NCBI GenBank assembly: GCA_001179505.1
Contig: CDMY01000723.1
Location: 1 to 27,311 of the forward strand
Reading direction: 5' to 3'
DNA from: Vitrella brassicaformis CCMP3155
Taxonomy: Eukaryota; Protista; Chromerida
Length of the DNA stretch: 27,311 nucleotides
Made by a program: the position numbers and the translations under genes. Within the stretch, counting starts at the first letter, position 1, and each line of letters begins with the position of its first letter. The notes below the pieces were generated by a model that made no database searches, was not told the origin of the DNA, and saw nothing but the letters and a program-made list of their open reading frames with translations. This document shows positions 11,697 through 22,329 of the stretch, piece by piece.

Positions 11697-12663
11697 TGCA
11701 AACCGCCTGACATGCATCCCCGTCTCGTGCAGTGGCGTGTGGGTGCACCTACCGAGGCAGCCGGCAGGAGAAGGCTCATCATGATGCTTGAACAAGCACG
11801 GGCAACCAAAAGACAGGAAACTTGAAGGCAATCCTCAGACTTCGAGACGGTTGGTTGGTTGGTTAGTGTGTTGAACGAGACTCGTGTCTGTAACCCCAGA
11901 GGGATCCTGTTGTCTCACGCACTAAACTAGCAGCATGTACATGCAAAGCATGCACACGGCCTGTCTACCCCTCCCTGCACTGGCACCGGCGGACAAACAG
12001 ATGGCAGCAGAGAGCACTGGCTGCCTTGTAGAACGTTGACAAACACCGATTCCGGCTACATACACAAGAACGGGCGCTGTCGCCCAGCAAGAGCCATGGC
12101 AAGTGTACAGAAGCCAGAAGGGGGAAGTGGAAAAATGAGCGCTCTCTGAGCCACCAAAGCAACAATTAGCCAATCACATGATGAATACACCACCATATAC
12201 ACACGGGACCCATACGGAAGGAAGACAGGAAGACAGCAGAGGGAGAGAGAAGGAAATAGCCAGGCAGGCCGTGAGGCCCTGCAACATATGATAGACGATA
12301 CCTAAGGTGCACTCCATCCCTTCACACAGCACTGAGTATGATGCCACAGTGGCGCCTGTCTACTTGTACGGTAGTGAGCTGTGGGCGGGCACTAACTGTG
12401 ATGCAGTACGGTGTGATCTAAGTCGATAGGCACTTGGCAGACACATGCACAGGAAGTCCTGGCTGGGCTGGCAGAGGAAGACAGAAGGCAGCTAAAGGGG
12501 AGAGCCCCGCCGCGGTAATGAGCAAACAGACAGACATGCGGCACTGGCGGTGGGGGCGCCCTGGAGACCTTCGGAGGCGTCCGTAAAACAGTAAGTGCGA
12601 GTGTTTAGGAATTTGTGAAACCGGAAGGGATTGCCATAATTCTTTCGACATGCGAACGGCATC

Positions 12664-12705
12664 AGAAGGGATCCGAAGAGATCCTTCTTTCCTTCGGATC
12701 CTTCT
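12664..12705. repeat. Inverted repeat (perfect 10-bp arms, extendable to 14 with one bulge) upstream of the FtsJ-like gene
   Basis: ggatccgaag (12669-12678) and cttcggatcc (12692-12701) are exact reverse complements with a 13-nt spacer. agaa (12664-12667) pairs with ttct (12702-12705) past a one-G bulge. Confidence 0.8.
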
Positions 12706-12774
12706 TTTCCGCGGTGGAAGACGCCACCAGCGAGTGGACCGTTTCCTCGATAGATCCTTGATGAGGAACGCATC

Positions 12775-15392
12775 ATGAGCAGCATGGCTAACCATGGGCG
12801 TGAGTCAGCAGGTACTAGAGAGGAGAGGAACGGCGTTGACAGCGATGACATCGAGCACACCATGGGTGCGCAAGGAAGAGCAAGAGGCACAGACAGACAG
12901 ACAAGCAGCTAGGGCATGAAATGATTCATGCGTGTGGCCCGCGCGCGGTGTTTGTGCAGGTGCGCTTTGCCTCTCTGACCACCAGCAGCAGCGGCAGCAC
13001 GAGGAGCGTCCTCCTCCCGCGAGTGTGGACATCGACCGTCAGGATCCTGACGAGAACGACTGGGACATCAACACAGAGCAGAGGAGAATCGAAGACCAAT
13101 GGAAGGTCCGTCCGTTCACACCCACTAGTGCCCATTGCATCTGCCTGTGTGAGTCGATAAGCGAGGGGCGTGTGTGTGTGTGGTTGTGTTGTGTTGTGTT
13201 GTGTTGTGCAGGCCCGTCTTGAGTCGATTGACGATGCGTATGCGCGGCTGCTGACAGTGAAGCGGACGGTGTGGAAGTCCGAGCACACGCAGCGGGTGTA
13301 CGACCTCAGATACAGAGATCGAGACAACCCCGCACTGCACGCACACAAAGAGTGAGCGAGCGAGCGGCGGTCACGCAGACACACACGGACAGACACGTTC
13401 ACACGGATGGATGGATGGATGTGTGGATGGATGGATGTGTCCGCAGGTCGACAACGGTTGACGGCTATCGGTCCAACTTCACCGACCACCTGCAGACGCT
13501 CATGCCGGACGGGGCGAGAGCGCTCCCCAGAGGCGCCAGAGTGCTCGACTTGGGCGCAGGTGCGTACCGTACGTTACCTGGCGGACACATGGGCACCCAC
13601 CCATCGATGTGCAGCTAGCAAAGGATGGATACGCCCGTGTATTGTATGTGTGTGTGTGTGTAATTAGCACCCGGCGGGACGAGCAAGTTCTTCTGTGAGG
13701 ACTGCGACTGCGATGTGTTGGGGGTGACCATAGAGACCGACAGGAAGGGCTTCAAGATGCTCTACAGGTGAGTCCAGGTGAGTGCAGGTCGATCCGATCG
13801 AATCGATGGCATACATGTACAGACGTGTGCGTGTGCGTGTGTGCAGCCACCGGAATCTGTTTGTGCTGTTTGATGACTTGGCGCAGGAGATCGACGAGCA
13901 GTTCGACCGGTTCTGCGCCAGGCTGGAGGGATTCAGACCTGACGTAAGCACATGCCGGCAGTCAACACCCGCGTCTGTCGTGTGTGTGTGTTCACCAGTG
14001 AGTGCGCCTGCAGGTGTTCAGGAGGCGTGGCGAGGTCAAATTCAAGGTCGTGCATTGCGGTAAGTAAGTTGCCATCCGTCCATCCATCCATCCATCCATC
14101 TCTGTGTGTGTGTGCCATGCCATGGGTGGTGTAGGTGCGGTGTTGCAGTCGGCCATGGTGAAGCACCTGCTGCACATCGATGACGACGACCCCCAATTTG
14201 ACGATCTCGTGGGTTGTGTTGATTGAGTGTCCATCTGTCCATCTGTCCATCTGTCGACTCGATGTGTGTGTGCAGGCGCGAGAGCGTCAGAGGATGGCAT
14301 ACAGGACCCGCATGACACTCATGAAGAGGCAGCTGCAGGTACCACACATGGATGGAGGGATGGAGGGATGTGTGTGTGTGTGTGTGTGTGTGAGTGTCTG
14401 TGCGCAGCTGGCGCTGCTCTACCTGGAGGAAGGCGGACACCTCATTTGGATCTTCAGACCTGGTCAGTCACACTCACACGTCTTGGAGTGCATTGACGTG
14501 AATGTGTCCATCCATCCATCCATCCATTCATGCGTGTGTGTGTGCGTGTAGGTCACAAGGAGATCGTCGTGTTGGCTCACCTGCTGCCCCTCTTCACCTC
14601 CTTCGCCATCTTCCGCACCAACTTCCTCATCAAGAGCCAAATCAAAATCGCACTCTGTGAGCAATCCGCCCCAACACATACACACCCGTGTGGGTACCCA
14701 CACACACCTGTGGGTACCTCTCTGTGTGCAGTCGGTTTCCGGCCCTCCCAGCCGCGCACACGGCAGCAGGACGTCACGCCATCCGTAAGCGAGTCGGCCG
14801 ATGGCTGCCCGCATCAATGTCTGTCCGCACGTGTGCTTGCTGTGCAGGATGGCGAGTATTCTGTGCCGGCTGACTTCCCCTTCCCTGTGCGCAGCAGACG
14901 GGAGGCACACAGGCATGTTCACACGCAAAGAAAGCGACACACCAGCCCATCCATCCAGCCGTCCATGGCATGGCTGCATCGGTCAGGTGGCTGAAGAGCA
15001 TGCGGTGTGACGTTGACGGCTACCCTGAGGACTTCGACACTGACAAGACACGGGTCAGCGTACAGAGACACACATGGGAACAAGGGACTATCCATCCATT
15101 CATCTCTCTCGTGTGCGGGTCTGCAGGACCTTGCCGAGCGTGTGTACCGGTGTATATTGCAGCCCCATGTGACGCCGCTCTTCGCTGAGCAATGCAGGTT
15201 CCTCGAGTGGATTGAAGAGGAGGCGACAAAGGTATGTATTTCTGGCCACGGCTGTGTGCGTATGTGTATGTGTGTGTATGTGTCTGAGTGTGTGCGTGTG
15301 TGTAGGGTAGCGGTGACGAGGAGCGTCTGTATCAGCTGGCGCTGCTGCTGATAGCCTGCCCCAAGAAGGAGACTTACATGAATCCATCATGA
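12775..15392 (+). CDS. FtsJ/RrmJ-fold SAM-dependent RNA 2'-O-methyltransferase homologue, catalytic tetrad apparently degenerate (~17 exons)
   Basis: Spliced frame MSSMANHGRES... to ...KETYMNPS* (TGA 15390-15392). It contains GYRSNFTDHL...RVLDLGAAPGGTS (spliced across the intron after 13559), matching the RrmJ xxRSRAxxKL...VVDLGAAPGGWS signature. Later segments KVVHCGA, QLALLYLEEGGHLIWIF and KSQIKIALFGF fall where FtsJ motifs IV, VI and VIII are expected. An in-frame TAG lies just upstream of ATG 12775. Confidence 0.8.
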
Positions 15393-15833
15393 CACCTCAC
15401 CTGCCCACGTATGCACCGTCGTGTCTTCGTATGGTTCGTGTGTACAGACAGAGACGTGTGATGCAATCGATCGTCCGTCGTGAGTGTATAGTAGCCCGCC
15501 GTCTTGGCAGACGGATGGATGGATGGATGCATTCATTCATTCATGTCTTTGTGGACCATCAAGTCACCGATATCGATGAATATAGACCTTCGAAGAACAT
15601 TGCCGTCAGCGATTCCAATCGTGAAAAAAAACATGTAAGTACACACACATAGGGGCAATGGTCCGGCAAAGGTAAGACCACGGAGACAGTAAGATTGCAC
15701 GGGGGTGAGGGGCCCCTGAAGCAGTATCGATCAGAACAGGAGAGAGACGTACCATGCAGACAGAGACAGACGGCAAGAGGGAGAAGCTCTGATTCCCAAA
15801 AGAGAGCCGTAGGTGTCTGCTGTCGTGGTGTAG

Positions 15834-18615
15834 TCAGAGGAAGCAGGGTACCGCCTGTTGTATGCATCTGCTCCTCAGTCGCCCTGCGAGCTCCCCTCTC
15901 GGCAGGCTTGGCCGCAGAGTGATATCTTCCCCCTCTTTTCTCGGTGGGAGACGTCCCCGTGCACCCAGAAATGGCTCGTACGCACTGTACACACTCTCCA
16001 GCTCACGCTGACGCAACGAAAGCAGCCGAACCTGTGTGCAAGGAGGTGAGTGACGGATGCATCTGTGTTACTCTTCCTTTCCGTCAGTATGTGTGTGGCT
16101 GACCGACCAATTGTGCATTGACAATGTACCACAGCAGGCAGAGCAAGTGGAGGCCGAAGAGCGCCGCTAAGGCCCAGTCGACAAAGACGAAGAGAGTGAG
16201 CACCTTGACCACAATGCAGAGCTTCAGGTCGCCCCATGCCGTCCAGTTGAGAGTGTCGGAGACACGCGTCCCCTGAACACACCCACGCCATTGAGGTTAT
16301 GCTATTGAAATCCACTTACTTGGTGCATACCTACCTGGCGGAGATCCCAACCAATGAGAAGTTGATTCAGCTCAACAGGGATCAGAGAGTGCCTAATGAG
16401 AGAATCCATCGCCGAATGGTGGTCATCATACCTGGTGGTCACACGTACCTCGCAGCGAGAAACACGAGCACAGAGCCAGCCGACAGCCGCACCTTGCCGT
16501 TACTTGGCCTTTCGTCCTGAGATTGCGAGTGTGCCCCTGGCTTGTCCGTGTCGCAGGTCGCATCGATGTCGGCGGGAAGCTGGTCGGGATCGACGTGGAC
16601 TGCGGGCATACTCAGGATGTCGTAGGCGCTGCCGGCTATGGTGCTCAGAAGGGGCAGGAGGATCTGCATGAACGATGTTATATGAGAACTTCATGTGGGC
16701 AAACACATCTACCGTCATGTGTACCTGTAGCATCTGGAGGATCGGAGGGATGGCCTGCGATCAACGGGCGCACACGATGATTCAATGGGTGCAGTCAAGT
16801 CCGTTGTGTCTCTCTACCTCTATGCTCGCTTACCCACATTCGCATCATGATCTCGTGAATGTAAGAGTCTTCTTCTTCCTCGGGAACCACAGTCCCCTCC
16901 ACCTTTCCGTCAGTCGTCACAGCCTTGGGACTGAAGAAGCTGGTCCGGCCGCCATGCTCGCTGAGGAAGTGGGTGTGGTCCCGGAAGACGACAAATGTGG
17001 CAACATAGGAGTAGAATCGAATTGTCCAGCTGAGAGACACGAGAAGACGGCTCCAGAACCTGCATAAGTAGACAGATCCACTCACTCATTGACACGGAGG
17101 AAGCACCGCTGGTTGGCTGGTTGAGTCTCACCCTGCCAGCCCTGTCCACAAGCAAAAGAAGACAACGAACTCGACGCCTCCGATGAACAAACACAGCTGG
17201 ATTGCAAGCAAGACAGTTGATGCGCAAAAGCAAATGCATACACACAGGAGAGCATAATGGCGACCCACACACAGCGCTCACCTTGAGAAAATCGGGGTAG
17301 TTGCGATAGTCCCTAAAGTATACACACACACACAGGGTGGGATATAGACAAGCTTGTGATCGTCGGTCCGGCCTACTGATAGTCGATCGGGATTATCATC
17401 GGGTCTTCTTTTTGCGGTGCGTAAAAGGCCACCCAAACCTCGCTCGCGAGTGCCACAAATACACACACCCAGATACGCAACTGAAGCAGTAAGCAGGTAA
17501 GCATTCGCCAGTTGAGGTAGCCAGACAGTCAGCAGACAGACAGACTGACCATGTTGAACTCCGATATCTTCAGCTCGTCACACAAAATCTCCGCAAGGCC
17601 AAGCCTGACACAGCAGTGATGCGATGAGTGCAAGGCATGTACATACGTACAGACAACCGATTGCCCGCTCGCCCGCGCACCTGCCAGTGTACTTCATCGA
17701 CAGCTTCAGCCTCGCAAAGCGCAATCCGATGGACGTCCTCGGCAATGGAAACATCACGTACCCCTTCCATTTCCTCTCGCCCTCCCCATCTTCCGTGCCA
17801 AATGGAAACATCACACCCACGCCCTTCCTCCTCTTTCTCCTGGCCTCACGCGTCCGCTTGGGCGGCGGCTGCGGCTGTGGTGCGGCGGGCTGAGGCTGCT
17901 CACTGTCAACCGCCGCCTCTGCCTCTGCAGGCTGCAAGAGAGGCTCCGGCACTGATGTTGGCTGGGCAGCACTGGTGGCAGACATCAGTGCTCCAGTGTT
18001 GTGGATGCGCTTCTCGGCCGCTGGGGCGGCAATGGCATCATCACCTGTTGCTAATGCGGTCTCCTCTGCTGCTGCTGCTTCTTCGTGTCCGTTGGCGCCA
18101 AAGGTGACCTCCTTCCTGACCCTCAAGTTGGCGGCTGACGGCCGAAGGATTGACGGTAACGAATGGGCTGACACGGACACCGGAGGGGAAGCGCTGGGGC
18201 CTGTACCGGGTGAGACTGCTGCGCTTTCAGGTGAGACCTTGATGCTGAAGTCACGTGCTGCTGCTGCTCCTCCTTGTGGCGCTCGTTGGTCATGGGAGAG
18301 CGCAGCAACAGCATCATGCTGACCACCGTCCTCCTCCTCTGGTTGGAAAGACGGTTCTGGGAGGGCTGAAGGAGCTGAAATGTGCCGCCGCCCGTGGACC
18401 GGACAGACCGCTGATTCGGCGATTGTGCCTGCCCCCTCTCTACGATGTGGAGGTGCATTGGCCGCCACTGGTGGTGGCAAGTCCAAAGCTTCTGCATTTT
18501 GAGGCGACGGGCTGACTGGAGTCGACTTGCTGGTCCTGACGCGGCCGTGGTGGCCTGAAGGTGAAGAAGAAGACTTCACCTCAACGTCCTTGGCCTGCGA
18601 GGCACGCAGAGACAT
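15834..18615 (-). CDS. Unknown multi-pass membrane region with N-terminal low-complexity segment; probably the 3' half of the TMEM121-like gene
   Basis: A large exon (MSLRASQAK...SMKYTG) splices in frame through LGLAEILCDELKISEFNM / LRIWVCVFVALASEVWVAFYAP / DYRNYPDFLK / LCLFIGGVEFVVFFCLWTGLAG / FWSRLLVSLSWTIRFYSY...IMMRMW / AIPPILQMLQ / ILLPLLSTIAGSAYD / VRVTTRYDD / GTRVSDTLNWTAWGDLKLCIVVKVLTLFVFVDWALAALFGLHLLCLLWYIVNAQL / VRLLSLRQRELESVYSAYEPFLG...VPCFL*. Several hydrophobic stretches. The last junctions and the stop are tentative. Confidence 0.7.
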
Positions 18616-18637
18616 GACCTTAGATTTATATCTCTAT

Positions 18638-20161
18638 TTAATCTCTGTAATCTGACCTGCCTACCTCGATTTGCGGTTTTCTCTTGTCCTTCTGTCCATG
18701 GCCTTGAGGGTCTGGCTCTTGATCGGTTCTGTCTGAGCCGGTCTCCCTGTGGGCCTGCTGCTTGACCGCTATATTGACCTGCCAAAGTCTGCCCTTGGAT
18801 AAGCAGGGACCACGATATAAGGGCATTCATGTATCGACCGCCACATTTCACACTCACCTGAACGCCTGGAGCAAGACAAACACCCCGTTCTTGACCATGA
18901 ATGGGCTGAACTCCACGATGTCGTAGAAGTCGAACCATAACCAGGCTCTCGCGAAGAAGAGGGGGATGTCGACGAAGAAGATCGATACGATGGCCGAGTG
19001 CTTCCTCTTGAGGATGACATCACCATAGGGCAGCTCCGTGTCTCCTCTTGCCGCCTCGGGGCCCTCTGTGGCTTCCATCTTGCCTCCGAGGGGCCCTGTG
19101 CCCTTTCCCTGGCCAGAAAAGCTGTACGAATGAAAGAAAACCCCTGCAGACCACAGGGGAAAGGGCACAGAGTAGAAAAGATGAGACACGCACAACGAAT
19201 GGAAAGTACCGAGGAAGATAAAAGCACCGATGGTGTTTCTCATCCAGGGGACTTTCGAATCCACCTGCTCGGGAAGCAGCAGACTGCAGAAGAGACAGCT
19301 CAACTACCGTCAGCGAGACATGAGGGAAGTAATCGGCTTGCTTGCACTGACCTGTACTGGAAGGCGGCCTGAACGTGGAGAAAAGACAACGAAGGGACAG
19401 GTGAAGGCATGATCATCCTGCCATTGGTGCCGGTCAACTCCCCCCACCGCGATATCCACAAGGTCGAGCACAACGTGGAACATCATGTCTGCGTGCATCA
19501 TTGTGCTGATGCTGATAACTTTCGACATGGAGCCGAAGAGCTGCTTTATTGACCGCAGCATCATCAGGACATAAATCACCTGAATCGGAAGCCATAAAGG
19601 CACATGATTCCCTTCAATCAGAAAAGACAAGGGATTCCATGTTCCCGTACCGGCGTGAGGAGCAGGACTGCGTAGAGGATATTGGGGCCCCAGAAGTTGG
19701 TTTCGTCGAGCTTCTCGTTGACCTTGAAGTACCTGGTTACGCACACAGTCAGCCACATGACGACTTAGTGCTTCTCGATGTGTACGCATACAGCAGGATG
19801 AGCTTCACGGAGAACATCCAGCTGTAGAAGATCCATATCACTGCCCCCTTCTCGGCTGCCCAACACACACATAGACGTCAAGCCATTTGACTCAACCTCT
19901 CCGATGGATTGCGAACGGCGCACCAGCCTTGGAGAGGTCCCAGTTGAGAAGAAACTTGAGCAGTAGGGGGGCGTCCAACAGCACGAACAGAAGGGAGAGC
20001 TCCGCCCAGTTGGTGACGAGGTAGAAGTCCAAGACGCCCGTCTGAATGTCGACAATGCAGCAGGTCTCCTCGTGCTGTGTTCGGCTTGTTCGTGAGCCTC
20101 TCACCTGCCCACAGTAGCAGAGCACTGTGAGAACGTAGGCCAACCCCCCGACATGACCCAT
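18638..20161 (-). CDS. CECR6/TMEM121-family-like multi-pass membrane protein (N-terminal part of a probable larger gene)
   Basis: ATG 20161 (MGHVGGLAY...). The spliced product has LDFYLVTN, LDAPLLL, AEKGAVIWIFYSWMFSVKLILLY, FWGPNILYAVLLLTP, MMFHVVLDLVDI and IVSIFFVDIPLFFARAWLW...FSPFMVKN. These line up in order with TMEM121 segments as I recall them ([50 protein letters not shown], LARA...AIFVGKN). The family call is from memory and needs an HMM check. Confidence 0.72.
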
Positions 20162-20540
20162 CGCGAGGAAAAGAACTTTTGAAATCCGTGTGGGGGCTTC
20201 TGGGGGCGAGGTCGAAGGGAGAGAGGGAGGAAAAGAAGAGTGCAATGGAAGATCAATGGGATAAGGCGAAGTGGTAACGGACAGCGGGCAGCGCCGTCGA
20301 GAAGAGACACTTACGCTTCCAATCCTGGCCGCGACCGAATTCTTAAGCGCGCATTATAAATTTGCGTAGGCCATCCCTCTTTTTTGAAGGTTATTGAGGT
20401 GTTTTTGCGGAGATCTGAGCGTCTGAGCACCCCCTAAGGCCATCTGCAGCTGACCACAGCCACCCGACAGGCGCATCTCTCTCCATCCCTCCCTCTCTAC
20501 GCGTGGGCACCTCGCGAAGGCATCTGTTTTGTGTGTGGTG
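20162..20540. promoter_or_regulatory. Short bidirectional promoter/5' UTR region between the TMEM121-like gene (-) and H2A (+)
   Basis: 379 bp between divergent ATGs, with pyrimidine-rich leaders facing each gene and an AT-rich core (attataaatt near 20353). Parts are conserved in the duplicate at 26824-27068. Confidence 0.6.
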
Positions 20541-21273
20541 ATGTCGGGCAAAGGCAAGGGCGGCCGCGGCAAGACCGCCGAGAAGACCAAGAAGGTCAGC
20601 ACGGCAGATGGATGGATGGATGGATGGACATCATTTGTGTGATGTGTGGTGTGGTGTGGTGTGGTGTGTTGGCGCCCTTCCTTGGTTGGTTCGTTCTGCA
20701 GGTGAGTCAGTCGGTGCGTGCGGGTCTGCAGTTCCCCGTGGCGCGCATCGCCCGCTACCTCAAGAAGGGCCGCTACGCCAAGCAGCTCGGCAGCGGCGCC
20801 CCCGTGTACATGGCCGCCGTGCTGGAGTATCTGTGTGCTGAGGTGTTGGAGCTGGCCGGCAATGCCGCCCGCGACCACAAGAAGGTCAGAGAGGGAGATG
20901 GGAGGGAGGGAGGGTGGGAGGGAGGGAGGGATATGGGGATGGCGGAGGGGTGTGAGGTGTGGTGTGGTGTGTACGACAGACTCGCATCACGCCCCGCCAC
21001 CTGCAGCTGGCGATCCGCAACGACGAGGAGCTCAGCAAGATGCTGGGCGACGTGACCATCTCCCAGGGCGGCGTCATGCCCCACATTCACGACGTCCTGC
21101 TGCCCAAGAAGTAGGGACACACCACACCACACACAGGGAGATTCATGGGCTGAGGAGACGCACACAAACCGGGGGGTGCCTTCTGCTGTGGTGCGGTGTG
21201 TGTGTGTGTGTGTGTATGCAGGTCTAAGGCCAAGGCTAAGAAGGAGGCAGAGGCCGCCAACAACGAGGAATGA
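20541..21273 (+). CDS. H2A: Histone H2A, divergent paralogue, 4 exons (20541-20594, 20702-20884, 20980-21110, 21222-21273)
   Basis: [139 protein letters not shown]. Unmistakable H2A fold motifs ([41 protein letters not shown]). Confidence 0.97.
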
Positions 21274-22329
21274 ACCGACACACACCACACCACACCACAT
21301 AATACGACACGATACAACACGTCATGACGGGCGGACCCACCTACCGAGACACACACATCGAAACATCTATACCCACACCCATCCACACGCACACACACGG
21401 AAACACACACACACAGATGGGGCGTAGCGGCGATTTTGCTGACAGCCATGTCCCCAGCCACCGACCCATACACACATACACGTGCTCACCTGTACATACC
21501 ATCCACGAGTGTGTGTGTGTGTGTGGCCGTCGTCCCTCTGGCCGACCTCTTCTCTCTTCCCGCGTCCGGCTGGCTGGCTGCCCTCTGTATCTCTCTCCCT
21601 ATTCTTGGTGTCGATGGCCGGTTTTCACACCCATCGTCCACACACCTATGAATGCTTCTCTTCCCTCCCCTTGAAAGCACAGACAGACAGACAGACATTC
21701 CACATCTGTGCAGCCGACACACGCCATCAAGATTGTTGGCCGGTAGCTCCGTCCTTTCCATGCCACCATGTTCATGTTTGCACCTTTCCATGGGATGTCT
21801 GCATGCATTTGTGTCGGGGAGTGAGTGAGTGAGTGCGTGTTAATTAATCAATTGGTTGTGCAGATGGCTGTCGGGTGAAGTGCCTAGGTCAATTCCTATG
21901 CGTGTCTGTCTAGATGGATGGATGGATGGACGAATCGCACCGTGACGGACAGCTCCATGTGCGCGTGCATGTGTCAGTGGGACTCTTGCGTGTGCCTGCA
22001 GTTCATGTGTGTGCGCATGTGTCAGTGTGATCCCATTTCTTCAAGTGAGGCTGGTATTCCGGCCACCGTTCAATGCACCAACACGCACACAGTTGGTCGA
22101 CTGACTCCTTGCATACCCCACACACATACACATACACATCCACAGACAGACAGACAGAGAAGCAGACACACAGAGAAGCGCTAGCCCCACCCACCCATAG
22201 CTGCCTTCATGCACGATTTATTGGCGTGACACGGCACGCCCACGACGCAGGCACGCAGGCAGATCCATCGGTCGCCCACTGTCCGCGTTCGGCACCGTAG
22301 ACACACAGACGAGAGGAAACAGGGAGGTG

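Noticed and set aside
11710-11785. Upstream mini-exon MMSLLLPAAS with a good donor before the secreted protein
   Set aside because: Splicing to the next acceptor is out of frame with the signal peptide. At most it is a 5' UTR intron or uORF.
11900-12600. Hydrophobic minus-strand fragments (e.g. GIVYHMLQGLTACLAISFSPSAVFL) with plausible splice signals
   Set aside because: I could not build a consistent start-to-stop model or recognise a motif. RNA-seq would be needed.
20162-20245. N-terminal extension MHSSFPPSLP... of the TMEM121-like protein in the ORF track
   Set aside because: Position 20245 is TTG, not ATG, and the segment is a CT-rich 5' UTR-type leader. The first in-frame ATG is 20161.
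21222-21273. H2A.X or H2A.Z identity for copy 1
   Set aside because: There is no C-terminal SQ(E/D)-hydrophobic motif, and it lacks the H2A.Z signatures (long GK-repeat tail, AGLQFPVGRIHR/DEELD-type docking).
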